Source: Octopus bimaculoides
Taxonomy: Eukaryota
Reading direction: 5' to 3'
DNA length: 64,000 nucleotides
Assembly: GCF_001194135.2 (NCBI RefSeq)
Contig: NC_068996.1
Location: 22,415,683-22,479,682, forward strand
Shown: positions 25,801 through 39,900 of the stretch, in pieces
Layout: every line of letters begins with the position of its first letter
Numbering within the stretch: position 1 is the first letter of the stretch
The notes under the pieces: generated by a model
Told to the model about the DNA's origin: nothing
Databases searched by the model: none
Seen by the model: only the letters and a program-made list of their open reading frames with translations
Made by a program: the position numbers and the translations under genes

Positions 25801-28800
25801 TGAATTTTCAGACACATTTAATTCATAAATATAAATAGAAGCAAAATGAAAAGTGTTTCTTTACCTGTTCATAGATAAACCATGATCGTTACTGTTATAC
25901 AAAAGATTCCATGTTTGGCAATGTGGAAGACGTGCCTGGGGACATAGAATGGCAGAGGTATAGAGTAAAGAAAAATAACAAATTCTAATGTAAGCAGAAA
26001 GCAGTAAACGATATGGTTTAAGATAAGGAGACCCTCTCACACATACATGATGAGTTTCTTCCATTTTCTGCCTACCAGACCCACTCACAAGCTTGGAGCT
26101 ATAGAAGCAGACATATGCCCTATGTGGTTGGGAAGTAAACTTCTTAATCACAAAGCCACACCTGCATAAATACATTTTTTCATTATACTTACTTTTTGAA
26201 GAAGATCTTGTACTGAACTGGAAACAAATGCGTAAGCACTAGGCTGTGTCCTCAGATCAGTAGGCTTTGGAATTGTTATGTAGACACCGGGTAAAGAAAT
26301 TGTCATGCACCATAGTACTGTTTTATTGATCAAATAATGTCCTTTTAAAATATGATCCAGTTCAGGAACTGCAGTAGTTACCTGCAAGGAGTTGATGAGA
26401 ATTTTCATAAAACATTGGAAGTGGAAAATTTTGAAAATAATGAAGAATTTAATCAAATAACTTGGTTGTTATTGAAGTGGTAACTGTAATATAAATTAAC
26501 TGTCTTTGTCAGTCATATCTGAGAATCCAACCAGAAAGTGTAGTGATAGTTGCTTCTGATTGGACCCTATGGAGGAGGTCCTTGACGACTTTACTCCCAT
26601 GATCCTCTTATGAATGGTCAGTGGAGAAAATAGATGGAGTGATGATTTGTTAAATGATGTTTGGATCATATTTGGTAATGGTGGTTCAAGTAAGATGTAC
26701 TTGGAAGAACTTTTGGTAATTGGGTAGTATGCTAATGAGGAGAAGAATGATAGCTAAGCTAAAGGGAAAGATGAATGTTACATGTGTGAGAACTGCTATG
26801 ATGTATGGGAGTGAGACATAGGTAATGAAAGTAGAATAATAGAGTAGGTTGGAAAGAACAGAAATGAGAATGGTTTAATGTATAACCAGAGTTGTGTTGA
26901 GAGATAAGACTAAAAAAATAAATTTTAGAGGCTATAAAAAGCAAGAATCACCTATTACATATAAGTGTGTTTAACTAGAGGATCATTGTAAATCTTAGAT
27001 ACCAAAGTGAAAACAGAGTGGACATCAGTTACAGATAGACACTAGACTAAATATTTATTGGATACATTAACACATTGGATCATCATCATCACTGTTTAAC
27101 ATCTGTTTTCTCTGCTGACATGGGTTGGATAGTTTGGCAGGAGCTGACCAGCCAGAGAGCTATCCAGGCTCCAATTGTCTGTTTTGACAGTTTCTATAGC
27201 TGGATGCCTCATCATCATTGTTTAATATCTGTTTTCTTTGGTGGCATGAGTTGGATGGTTTAACAGAAATTGGCCAGTCAGAGAGCTGTCTGTTTCGGTA
27301 TGGCTTCTATGGCTGGATGCCTTTCCTAATATCAACCACTTTACAAAGTGCTTTTCACATGGCATTTTATGTATCACTAATTATTGTAGATTTTCACATT
27401 CATTCAATAATCAGAAGAACTTAGATAAAAACTCACTTCTTCTGTATGAGACTTAGATCCAGTTAAAATGCAGAGAACCCATTCATGAACACTACTAAAG
27501 AGATGTGGACAGTGTTTTTCCATCCAGCGTTCAAAGTCTTCATAACTTATAGATTCTTGAATACCAAACTGAAATAAATAAATAAATAAATAAATAAATA
27601 CATAAAATATATGGTTTTCACAACATTGTGACTGATAAATATTTTGAAATATTTATCAGACCATACTTTTAAGGATCATTTAAGTATGTGTTGCAATGGC
27701 ATCTAATTCTATTGAGCAGATCAACAATTTATCAGATAAGATGAAGATTGTGACTTAAATATTTTGGTATAGATAAACACCAATTTCAATGTCAATATGT
27801 TTGTTGAGAATACATTAATGATTCAATGAATGCAGAATATCTATTTTACATAACTATGATAAATGGTTCAACTAACGAACATCTTGTAGCCAAAATTACA
27901 TTATTCACAACAGCCACTATGATTGAAATCTTATGGCAGTGTTAGCTTCAGAGTTCAGCTTCTGCAACAGCAGTTACCAACCATTTCTATGCCCCATCAT
28001 CATCATCATCATCATCATCATCATTGTTTAACATCCGCTTTCCATGCTAGCATGGGTTGGACGATTTGACTGAGGACTGGTGAAACCAGACGGCTACACC
28101 AGGCTCCAATCTGATTTGGCAGAGATTCTACAGCTGGATGCCCTTCCTAACGCCAACCACTCCGAGAGTGTAGTGGGTGCTTTTACGTGCCACCGGCACG
28201 AAGGCCAGTCAAGAGGTACTGGCAACGGCCACGCTCAAAATGGTGTATTTTATGTGCCACCCGCACAAGAGCTAGTCCAGGGGCACTGGCAACGATCTCG
28301 CTCGAAAGTCCTTACGCATGCCACGGGCACAAGTGCCAGAAAGGCAACACTGGGCACAGGTGCCATCACGATTTCGCTTATCCCTAAGAAATATTTGATT
28401 AATCATTGCATCCCCCCAAAAATATCACACTTGAAGATAAAAAATGTCAACTTTCTAGTAATTTATTGTTCAAAAATTAAACCACACACACAATGTAGAA
28501 TTGTAAAGTTTTCGGTGTGCTTTAATACAACAAAGTTGTTTTTTGAAGTTATTAGTTTTATTCCAAAAAGCAATTTTAAACTAGACTTGCCTTCTTTTTT
28601 GTACCCACTGAGTATTCACACCCGAGTCACACCTGGTTGGGAACCCCTGCTCTATATCTTTTACCCCGTCACTGAACATCATACTCATATAAAGGTTGCA
28701 AACAAATTCCCATACTAATTGTAAAAGTAACCAAGGAAGCAATAATAATGCATTTGAACACAACAGGTATGGTTAAGAAGCTTGCTTTACAACTGTGTGG

Positions 28801-30198
28801 TTTCAGGTGAGTGCATTCTACCATAGATTCAGGTTGAACCAAGATTTCTGAGTAAATCTAGGTCTATGATGAATTTGTTAAGTGGACAGTATTAACCCTT
28901 TAGCATTTAAACCAGCCATATCTGACTCAAATATTCTACCTATTTTATGTTCAAACTGGCCAGATCCAGCCTATCACACCTACCCTAAAATGTCATTGAA
29001 AAAATAAGCAATCACATCATCAAAATCTTGAAGCTACAAGATAATGCATGATTAATTCAAAGCAATGTAAATAAATAAGCAGAGTAATCTGAATACTAAA
29101 GGGTTAAACCTTTATGAAATCACCATGATTAGAAATATAATTTACAACAGAGTGTACTATGTTAAAGGCACCCAAGGCTATGTATTGGTGTTAAACTGGG
29201 TGACAGATTAAATCTACCCAACTATATTCGTGGCAACTATTCAAAAATGTATTATTTAAATAGTTTTATTTGGCATTGTAATTTCTAATGTATGAAGACA
29301 ATATAATAAGAAAAATATAATAAAACAGCAGAAATCTTACAAGTGAAAAATTTTAATGGTTATAATACTCACCATACTGTTCACCATGGCTTCAAGACAA
29401 CCTTCACTATTTGCAAATTGCGAATATGGAATTGAAGACAGAGATAAAGCCAGGGCATAACAAACAACAACAAGATCTCTGCTATCTGCAAAATCAGATA
29501 TTGTACATAGATCAAACTTGACTGTTTCTCTTATTCACTTCATACAATACAAATCCTAACTTTATTATTATTTGCAAGAAATCATAATCAGCAATTTCAG
29601 TTAATTTATATTAGCACCACTCTGGATTAGGCATTAAGAAAAGTAAGACTGTATTCCTTTCCACTTCCACGATTATGGAAACATATTTACAGCACTACTA
29701 TATCCCACCTAGTTAACAATTTACCTATGCTTTCTAATGAACTTCCTGTTTGATCAATCTACTAATTCAACAAATGCAAGTATTATACCTAAAGTTTTAA
29801 TTCATCTTTCTAATAGAAATTATCATCCTCATCATTTAACATCTAGGTTCCATAGGATTCAATGTGTCCAAGGACTGCATCATGCTCCAATGTGTTTTGG
29901 CATGATTTCTATTCTGTGACTGGATGCCCTTCCTAACCCTAACCACTTTACAGAGAGTACTGGATGATTTTCTCATGCCACCAGCATTAGTGGAGTTGCC
30001 ATGCAATCTGCAAGACTATGAAACTGAAAGAGGTAGGATAGTTTTATGCTAAGAAGACAGGAGAGGGTTATGGTATGAGAGAAGAGGATGGGACAAAGCA
30101 GGTTCTTGTTGTAGAGGAGCTACACAGTTACTCACATTTAGGGGAGTGAAATGTTACTACAATTTCATTTGATGTATCTTCATTGATTATAGACACTG

Positions 30199-30239
<41 letters not shown>

Positions 30240-33200
30240 TCCTATTCTATTCATATCCTGTATGATCAAATTCCAGCAAGTTTCTGAATCTTTCCATTAT
30301 TAACTGCTTGCATTATTAAATGCCACCAAGGTTGACTTTACCTTTTGGGGGTCGATAAAATAAGTACCAGTTGAGCTGGGATTGAAGTAAACAATTTAGC
30401 CTCTTCTGTGATAATGCTGGCCTTGTGCCAAAATTTGAAACCATTATTAACTGCTTGCTATTTTAACATTGAGTATATTCTCCATCAAGCTAGGTTCCAT
30501 TCTTCTAATTTCTTTTGCAATTCCTGGACATGCCCTCTTGTACCTCAAAAATACACCCTAATACCTCATCATTCCAGATACTTCCACCCATCCTCCACAG
30601 CAACATGCCTGTTCCTGTCCTACCATACTCTAATCTCTCAGTTCATGGAATTAAACCACATCCCTCTCTTGCACCCTATCCATAAGTCAAGGTGGAGGTG
30701 GGGTTTTTTTTTTTTTGCAAGTTACTTGGCAACCCCATAAGTGCTGGTGGCATGAGAAAAGCATCCAATATACTCTGTAAAGTTATTGGCATTAGAAAAG
30801 ATAACCAGCCATAGAAACCATGTCAAAGCAGACATTAGAGCTTGGCAAAGTCCTACAGAATCATCCAACCTGTAGCAGCATGGAAGGCAGACATCAAATG
30901 CTGAAGATAATGATGAACTGGCACACAGTAGCCTGTATAAGCATGAAATTCTGAACATTTATTTCTGTACAATTTAATGGTTTAAATAAGTGATAAACTT
31001 TATTCAAGTATTTTGGTGACTAGCTTAGATCATGCAGTATTTTTTTTATTTGTTGAACACTGAATTACATTGACTCCAGTACATTACTGATACACTTTAT
31101 CAACCATGGAAGGATAAAAAGGAAAATTTGATCATAGCAAGATTTGAATTTAAAATGCAAAGAAACACTGCAAGGAGTTGTTTTCTGATGCTACTAATCC
31201 ACTAACCATTTCGATATCAACTCATTTGAGCCCATTTCTAACTGTTTTAAAGTGATCTGAATTTTAAAATTTCCATCAAAATTCCATGTTAATTTATATT
31301 TCTAACACTAGTTTAATACTGACAAATTTATTTTAAAATTAATTGAAACAAAGACAGTATATTTCAATAGAAATATGAGAACAAAAGAGTTGCTAACAAC
31401 AACAACAACAATAATGTCTTACCATCCTTTGTTAATACATCTTTACCTAAAGCAAATAACCTGAAGTAGTATTTCTTCTGATCATTTACTTCATGTAAAT
31501 TCAGTATTTCTTTTCCAGCTTTAACAAATTGTTCCTTTGTAATGAGGTCTTTCTCAACATGGCCATCCTGCATTTGAGTGTACAAAATTTTGCCAAACAG
31601 TTTCAACGGTCCATGGAATGTATTCTGTAAAATATATTTCAAAATTTGAATGTTCTGAGATGAATTATTAGCAATTGTTGTTGCTTACATTCTTCAAGGA
31701 AATACATTGGTAAGAGATACACGTACATGCATACATATAATACATACGCAACATACATTTATATCAACATTTTATAATGGGCTGCTGCAGTTTCCACAGT
31801 CCCAAAGGATATAATAGAAGATACCATAACACACTGCACAAGATTGAACTTGAAATCCATGGTGGTTGTGATGTGAACTGCTTAACCAACCAGCTGTAAA
31901 CCCACCCTGAAGAAATACATATAAATAATACAACACCAATCATGTAGAGAAGAATATCTTAATTATTTACCTCAAAAGCTTTCCGGGATAAAACTCCTGG
32001 ATAAACATTACCCTCATCAGCTGTGAGTTCTAATTTCTTGAAAATAAAATAAAAAAATAAAATAAATAAATAAGAAATAGAAAAAACTGCATAAAGATAT
32101 CATTTAGGGTAGGCAAGAATTGGGATGAATAAATGTAGGAATGCTGCAGTCTGGCTTAGGCCAACAATGGCCATTCCGTTATGTTCAGACTTCATCATGC
32201 TCCAATGTTTCAGAAAAATATGTGTAAATATCTATGTGTGTGTCCCCTCTCACCATCACTTGACAACTGGTGTTGGTGTGTTTACATCCACATAACTTTG
32301 TGGTTTGGCAAAAGAGACTCACAGTAAATCCTGGGGTTAATATGTTTGATTAAAACAAACTCCCTTCAAGTTGGTACCCCAGCATGGCCACAGTCAGACT
32401 GGCTGAGAAGATGGACTTCACAGGAGTAGTTTGTAAGAATACATGTGAAATGTATTCTTTCAAATTCTTAGAAGGATCACTAGAAATAGTAGTTGATAGT
32501 TTTCACTTATGTGATTTAATTTTCCTAAGACATATGGCATAATTTCAGAGATCTAGCTGTTATGTCCAAACAGATTGAATTATAACAGATTGTAGTAGCA
32601 GTAGTAAAGTATGCTATTCTTCTATTCCCAGTGAAACTACGATTAAAGGGGTTCCATCCATACCATTCTATTTTTTTCCAGATGGTATATTACAAGAATG
32701 CATTATTTAATACATTTTTTAAAATTTATATTTTTAAGAAAGTGTGTTGTACTTTCAGAGAGAACTGAAGGGTATTTTAAATAATGTAGTTCGAGAGACA
32801 GTGATGGAAATAAATAGATGGACACAACTGAAATGTCTGATCAGAACTGGCTTGAAAATAAACACAAAATGTTACGTCTATGCACTTGTTTTGCAAGATC
32901 TTTGATGTGAAAGCATGTGGAATAAGTAGAATAAGAGGAGGCACGTGAAATAGAGCGTCACAGGATGTATGACGAAAGAGCTTTGATAAAGAAACTAAAG
33001 TAATGATAAAGCTGAAGTGAAGACCAAATATATAGTGTGTTTAACTGGCAAAATATGACCATCCCCAAATATAACAATAATGAAAATGTTACAAATAGTA
33101 AACGTGAAACATGGTACATGGTAAGATGAGTAAAAACTAATTAGAAAAAATAGTGTCAACACTTTTGACTAATATAAACTACGCGTAAAGCTTATTGTAT

Positions 33201-33903
33201 TACATTTCCTTTTTTATATAATTGTAAACATCGAGGAACATCGTTTCGCTTGCAAGTAGTGCGAGGAAGGCACATTCGGACGATTTCTCTCCCTTATATG
33301 CATGAATCACTTCCCCTTACTCCTTATTTCCTTACATCAGAACAGGTTCATAAAACGAAGTTAATCGAAATAAAGTGACTTTTGATTTGTCTTCTTGCGC
33401 CGATAGAGAAAGCGACATAATGTGGAATTGTTATAATACATTTTTTACAACTAACAATAACTACAATCGCTGCGGACATCCTCCCCTAAAGACAAACAGT
33501 GCTAAAAAACATTAATTTAGGATTTTCAGCTAAAAGAAACCTGGGAGGCACCGGTCCCATTTGATAAAATTGATTCTTATATCTGACTAGTTTAATAATT
33601 ATGTTATGTTTTACATTACCCTGAATGATAAAAATGCGCAAATTTGGTAAACTAGTTGGAGTGCCTGACAAAATTCCTTGCAGTATTTATTTGTTTTGGT
33701 TCTTTAGGCTCTAAGTTCAAATCCTGTATCTTTGCATTTCATTCTTCAAGNNNNNNNNNNNNNNNNNNNNNNNNNNNNNNNNNNNNNNNNNNNNNNNNNN
33801 NNNNNNNNNNNNNNNNNNNNNNNNNNNNNNNNNNNNNNNNNNNNNNNNNNNNNNNNNNNNNNNNNNNNNNNNNNNNNNNNNNNNNNNNNNNNNNNNNNNN
33901 NNN

Positions 33904-33938
<35 letters not shown>

Positions 33939-36900
33939 GAGGGTAGAAATTGATATTAATCAATTAAAACCAGTGGTCTAGCATATTAAAAAAATCCGAA
34001 GGTTAAAATTATATTACATACAAAAATAAGAGGAATGACCAGCAAAAGTGGACTCCTATATGCTAGAAATAGATGCCGAATCATCTAACCACGAAAAAAA
34101 TATGTTCTGGAAATCATCCGTGGGAAATCTGTTTTAACAAGACATCCATGTTAAGTTGGACATGAAAATTACCTTTTGGTATTAACACTGCTTCTGTCAA
34201 TAATAATATGTGTGTCTCCTATCACCACTTGACAACAGGTGTTGGTGTGTTTGTGGCCTCTGCAACAATGTGTCAGCAAAGAGACCGGTAGAATAAGTAC
34301 CAGGCTTAAAAAAAGTACTGGGGTGGATTCGTTTGACTAAAATCCTCTAAGGAGAATGAGCCAGTATGGCTGCAATCTGATGACTGAAACAAGGAAAAGA
34401 TAAATAGATCTTTATCAACTATTCCCAATGCATTTGTTTTCTTGTACCTCATTATATGTAAAAGCCTCTGGCATGCACACACACATACACACCTTGTGAA
34501 TCAAATTAATGTGATTAAATGCCAGGAATTACATTCCTGAAGGATAGTCTATAGGGAATTTCAGAGAAATATAATACTAGAGGTGGGATAGGTTGATTGG
34601 ACAAAGGTTTAAGTAGAAAGTTTGATGGTCAAAGTTTTTTTTTTTTTGAAAATGGTTTCAGGATGAGAAACTAGTAGATTGAATAGTAGTAGTAATAGTA
34701 CCACTTGAGGCAAGCCTTGATCATTGAAATATGGTACATAGGTAGCTAGCTGAACAACTAAGTACAATCCAAAGATCAAGCTATAATGCACTTTTGTTTA
34801 ACTGAGAACCAGTAGTTTATCATATGGGCATTGTTATGTGGTTAAGAAGCTCACATCATAGTCATATGGTTTTGCGTTCAGTTCCAGACAGAGCAGGTAA
34901 ATGTCTTCTGCTATAGCTCCAAGCCAATCAAAGCCTTGTGTGTGGTTGTGGTAGATGGAAACTGAAAGATACTCATGGTGTATATGCATGTGTGTGCGTG
35001 TTTGTATCTCCCTGTTTTCATAGCATAGATAGTTATAACGAAACATCACTGTCACAAATCTAATGTCCCTTATTTCCAAGTCCAGCCTTGGGAGAATTAT
35101 TACATCTTGTTTGGAAAGTGAAGAAGCGAGGGCTGGCAATAGGAAATCTACTTCAATTCCATTTGACCTTTGCAATCTATGAAAAGTGGGCATTAAAGAG
35201 ATGATGACACACTCTAGCAGTCCAGATATGTTGCGCACTACTGTCCAGTCCATTCTCAATACACTGTAAACTGCAACTAATACTCATCTTTTTCACATGT
35301 CTTTTGTGATGGTGCTGCACATCTATCTTAGTACTTTATTTGGTTGAAATGAGGTGAGTGATTACTTTCATGTTTTTTTTTTAAATACTTCTCAGGATTA
35401 AGTGGTGGTGGTGGTAGAAAGGTATTTTTAAGATGTAGCAGTTTTCTGGATGCTTAACCTTTAGCATCCAGAAATATTCTGGTTTTATGTTCAAACCAAC
35501 CAGATTCAGCACCTCACACCTACCCTACAATGACATTCTAAAAATAAACAATTACAAATTGGAAACTTTGAAGCTGTGAGATAATGTATAATTAATTTAA
35601 AACAATGTGAATAAATAAGCATTACATTTGACATGAGTAATCAGAATTCTAAAGGGTAATGGTGATTGAAATGACTGAATGGGAGTGACAGCATACTTCA
35701 CACTATTTAAACTAACAGCCTTTAAAACTACTGAACCTGCAGCATTATCAGAACCAACTTTCATTTAAAAGGGAGTGGGAAACCATATTCATATTTGAAT
35801 AAGATATCTTCAGGAATAAATTTTATTTTAATTTTGTGCAACCAATCAAACATTGAAAATACAGAATGATTCTATATAAGATACTGTTGTGTTTTGAGAC
35901 GTAGATGTTTAGATACATGGAAGTTAATTACTCTTTTACTTGTTTCAGTCATTTGACTGCGGCCATGCTGGAGCACCGCCTTTAGTCGAGCAAATCGACC
36001 CCCAGGACTTATTCTTTGTAAGCCTAGTACTTATTCTATCGGTCTCTTTTGCCAAACCGCTAAGTTACGGGGACGTAAACACACCACCATCGGTTGTCAA
36101 GCGATGGGGGGGGGGGGCAAAAACAGACACACATATATATACATATACATATATACGACGGGCTTCTTTCAGTTTCCGTCTACCAAATCCACTCACAAGG
36201 CTTTGGTCGGCCCGAGGCTATATTAGAAGACACTTGCCCAAGGTGCCACGCAGTGGGACTGAACCCAGAACTATGTGGTTGGTAAGCAAGCTACTTACCA
36301 CACAGCCACTCCTGCGCCTAATTGTACATGAAGATATAGGAACTGCTCTTTAGATCAAAAATCAACTTTGAAGAAACTTATGATGAAAGACATTCCACCC
36401 TCGACAAACATCGTTTTTGGGGGTGTCCTCCCCTATCTAAGGCATTATTTGAGGAAGATTTGGTAGTTATTTCTAGCAGTGTTAAAACAAACTGCTCACC
36501 ACCTGTCTAGGTGGTCTTTCAATTTTTAGTGTTTCTCTTCATGTGTAGATGGGCTCAAGATTTTAAAAATGCAGTTTTGTGTACTTTACAGTTTACATAG
36601 ATTGGAGGGTGGGGACAGTGTAGACAGGACTTTGCATAATCTATGATGCAGTTAATACATAATTTTGTACACCTCTGTTGGTTTCTGTTCGCCAAATATA
36701 GTATATGTTTGTGTTTATACACTGTTTTGCATTGATATAATAAATCTTCTGTAAGTACTGGGAATTTTATAAGTGAACCTTTGTACGTGCGTGTGTTTGT
36801 GTGTGTGTGTGTGCGTGTTTGTGTATGCATGTGTTTGTGTGTATGCGCATGTTTGTGTATGTGCGTGTGTTTGTGTATGTGCGTGAATGTTGTTGTTGAC

Positions 36901-39900
36901 TGATGTTTGTTTATGTTCTCTGGTGTTATATTAAAATGAGACATGGTAACATTGGCAAGTGCTACTTTAAATGTTTATTTGTAAAGATGTTCCTCAGCAA
37001 ATTGATGAAGGGTTAGATTAGTTTTGCAGATGTGTTTGGAAGAGTGTGAGAGGATGCTGTCATCTGTGTACATTGTAAGAAGGAGGAGTTAAGTGGAGCC
37101 ATTGAAAACACTACTCTACCTGGCTGTTGAACTGTTTTATAAGAAATAACATTTAAATCTCTTTCAAAACACACTAGCAGGAGTGGCTGTGTGGTAAGTA
37201 GCTTACTTACCAACCACATGGTTCTGGGTTCAGTCCTACTGCGTGGCACCTTGGGCAAGTGTCTTCTACTATAGCCTCGGGCTGACCAAAGCCTTGTGAG
37301 TGGATTTGGTAGACGGAAACTGTCATCATCATCATCATCGTTTAACGTCCGCTTTCCATGCTAGCATGGGTTGGACGATTTGACTGAGGACTGGTGAAAC
37401 CGGATGGCAACACCAGGCTCCAATCTAATATGCTTGTGTGTCTGTGTTTGTCCCCCCAACATCGATTGACAACCGATGGTGGTGTGTTTACATCCCTGAA
37501 ACTTAGCGGTTCGGCAAAAGAGACCGATAGAATAAGTACTAGGCATCCAAAGAATAAGTCCTGGGGTCGATTTGCTCGACTAAAGGCGGTGCTCCAGCAT
37601 GGCCACAGTCAAATGACTGAAACAAGTAAAGAGTAAGAGAGCATCTTTAATAGGAAAAAAAATTATGATTAACTGTGTAGTTTTATGCATAAGTGGAAAT
37701 TAATAATTTTGGAAGATTGCAGCATTAATTATAGTAAAGAATACAGTTCGACAGAAATAAACTTCGTGGTTAACTAACTGCTTGAAAGTTAGCTTGTCTT
37801 TATTTTTGTGCAACCAATCAAACATTGAAAATAATACAGAATGATTCTACAAGATACCGTTGTGTTTTGAGATGTTGTAGATGTTTAGATACATGGAAGT
37901 ATACAGTTCAACAGAAATAAACTTTGTGGTTAACTATCTGCTTGAAAGTTAGCTTGTCTTTATTTTTCTGATGGACATACCATTTCAGATATGTAAGCAG
38001 ACATAGTTGTTTGGTAAGAAGTTTGCTCCTAAACTACAGTTTTCAGTTCAGTCTCATTGCCTGACAACTTGGGCAAGTGTCTTTATTATAGCTCTGAGCT
38101 GACCAAGATCTTGTGTGTGAATTTTATAGATGGATATGTGGAACAAGCCTGTCTGTATGTACATGTGTGTGTGTGTGTGTGGGGGGGGGTATGCACATGT
38201 GTTCTGTGTTTGTATTACTATCTCCTACATCATATGATAGTTGTAAACAAATGTCACCGCTATACAAGCAGTGTCCTCATTTCCAATCTGAGATTGGTCT
38301 GGTCATGAGGAAATATTCCCTTACTTGGAAATAGGTGACAGTTGGTAACAGGAGAGGGATTTGGTTGTAAAAAATCTCACCTCAACAAATTCCATGCCCT
38401 CTATTCCTTCAAGGTAAATGTGACCGAGAGGGTGGAAGTGGAGAGTACAATTGAAGGAATGATAGAGGAGGGAATAATGAAAAGACACAATAACAGCTAC
38501 ATGTTTGTTGGAGATCTGGAAATGGAACAGAAAACAACATGATGGCATAGTAATAGAAACGAGTGATGGTAATAAAGAATGGGTGGTGGATAGCAACAGA
38601 GAGTGGTAGATGACAATGAGGAGTCACATGGAGGAGAGTCAATGATGGCTAGCATTGATGGTAAGGGGTACCAAATATGGAAAAAGCTGGAACCATTTCT
38701 TTTTATGCATGCTTCAGAGTATAGAAGCAGTAGAGTGACAGATGTGTGATGGTGAAAAATAAGTAGCATGATAAAAGAGATTATGGAGGAATTAAATATG
38801 GACAGATGAAATGGCATGTCATTGCACAGGTGAATAGGAGGGAGGATGAATGGTAAATATAAGAGGGTAATAAAGAGTAACTAATTAGTACAACAAACAA
38901 GATCCAATGTAGATATAGTAAACACCTCAACCTCTGTCACCACCATTTTAGCCATGTGTGCAGGTTTTCTCCAGCACTGGTGTGCTGCCAACCATGACAG
39001 TTCTTTGCCAGGGTCAGCTTTCTTGGGAATAGCCTTCACTACTTTGCTCCATGTCATTTTCTAGAGGCTCCTCTTCTACAAATTCAACCACTTCAAGTGC
39101 TCAGTACTTCTTAATGAAACTACTATTCTCCATATATATATATATACATCTCTTATCCATACTAATACAATCTTCTTTCTCTAGCACACTGCATTTGATC
39201 TCTCCTATGCACAGCTTTCCCCTCTACTCAATTAACACACATCCTGTGAATCATGCTTCCATCATTTTCTTCTAGCTATTGCAAATTTTCTGCATTAAAG
39301 ACCAACATGCTACTTTGTACATATACACCATACAGCTTGCTTGTTTTTATTACTCAGAGAGAAAAATTCCTTTTATCAGTAAAGGTAATAACTCACAAAA
39401 TTTCTTTTTATCCCTGGCTACTATGCTTTTAGTGCACCCACCTTTGTTGCTAATTAAATCACCTAAGTAAAAACTATCAACTACTTTTAGTGAATTTACT
39501 GAAAGAATATATTTCACATGTATTGCAAACTACTTGTGAAGTCTATCATTTCTACCAGTGTAACTGCAATTTCATAACTACCTGTGCATTTATAGTTTAC
39601 ACTGGGTAAAATATGAAATTTCTACCTAGTTTTTCTGTTTCTTTTAAGCATTGCCATTTTTCACACATGGCAGAATCCTATTTTCTTTGAAGATTTTCAA
39701 TTCAAGGTTTTTTCCCACTGAACTTATTACTAACTGCTTCTGCACACGATCTGTATAGATCCTCATATGTATGGATCCCCATAAGCTTTTCACCTATCAT
39801 TAATTTCTTCAGTGATGACAGACATGAAACTCTGTTAAAGATCCTCTGGATCAATGAATGCTAGGTCTCATTCCTCGCAAAGCACTCAAGCTATTCATCA

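Noticed and set aside
28080-28718. 212-aa ORF and the recurring MKPDG.TRLQS / MPPARRPV ORFs (714, 785, 14970, 25477, 37394)
   Set aside because: Translations of the same high-copy retroposon, not a gene family
33324-33407. MSLSLSAQEDKSK... as an alternative coding first exon
   Set aside because: Ends in phase 2, while exon 3 needs phase 0; the join gives an immediate stop
36555-36944. 129-aa minus-strand ORF
   Set aside because: Its first half is a (CA)n-type microsatellite translation; a phase-1 entry does not fit the phase-0 intron; no recognisable domain
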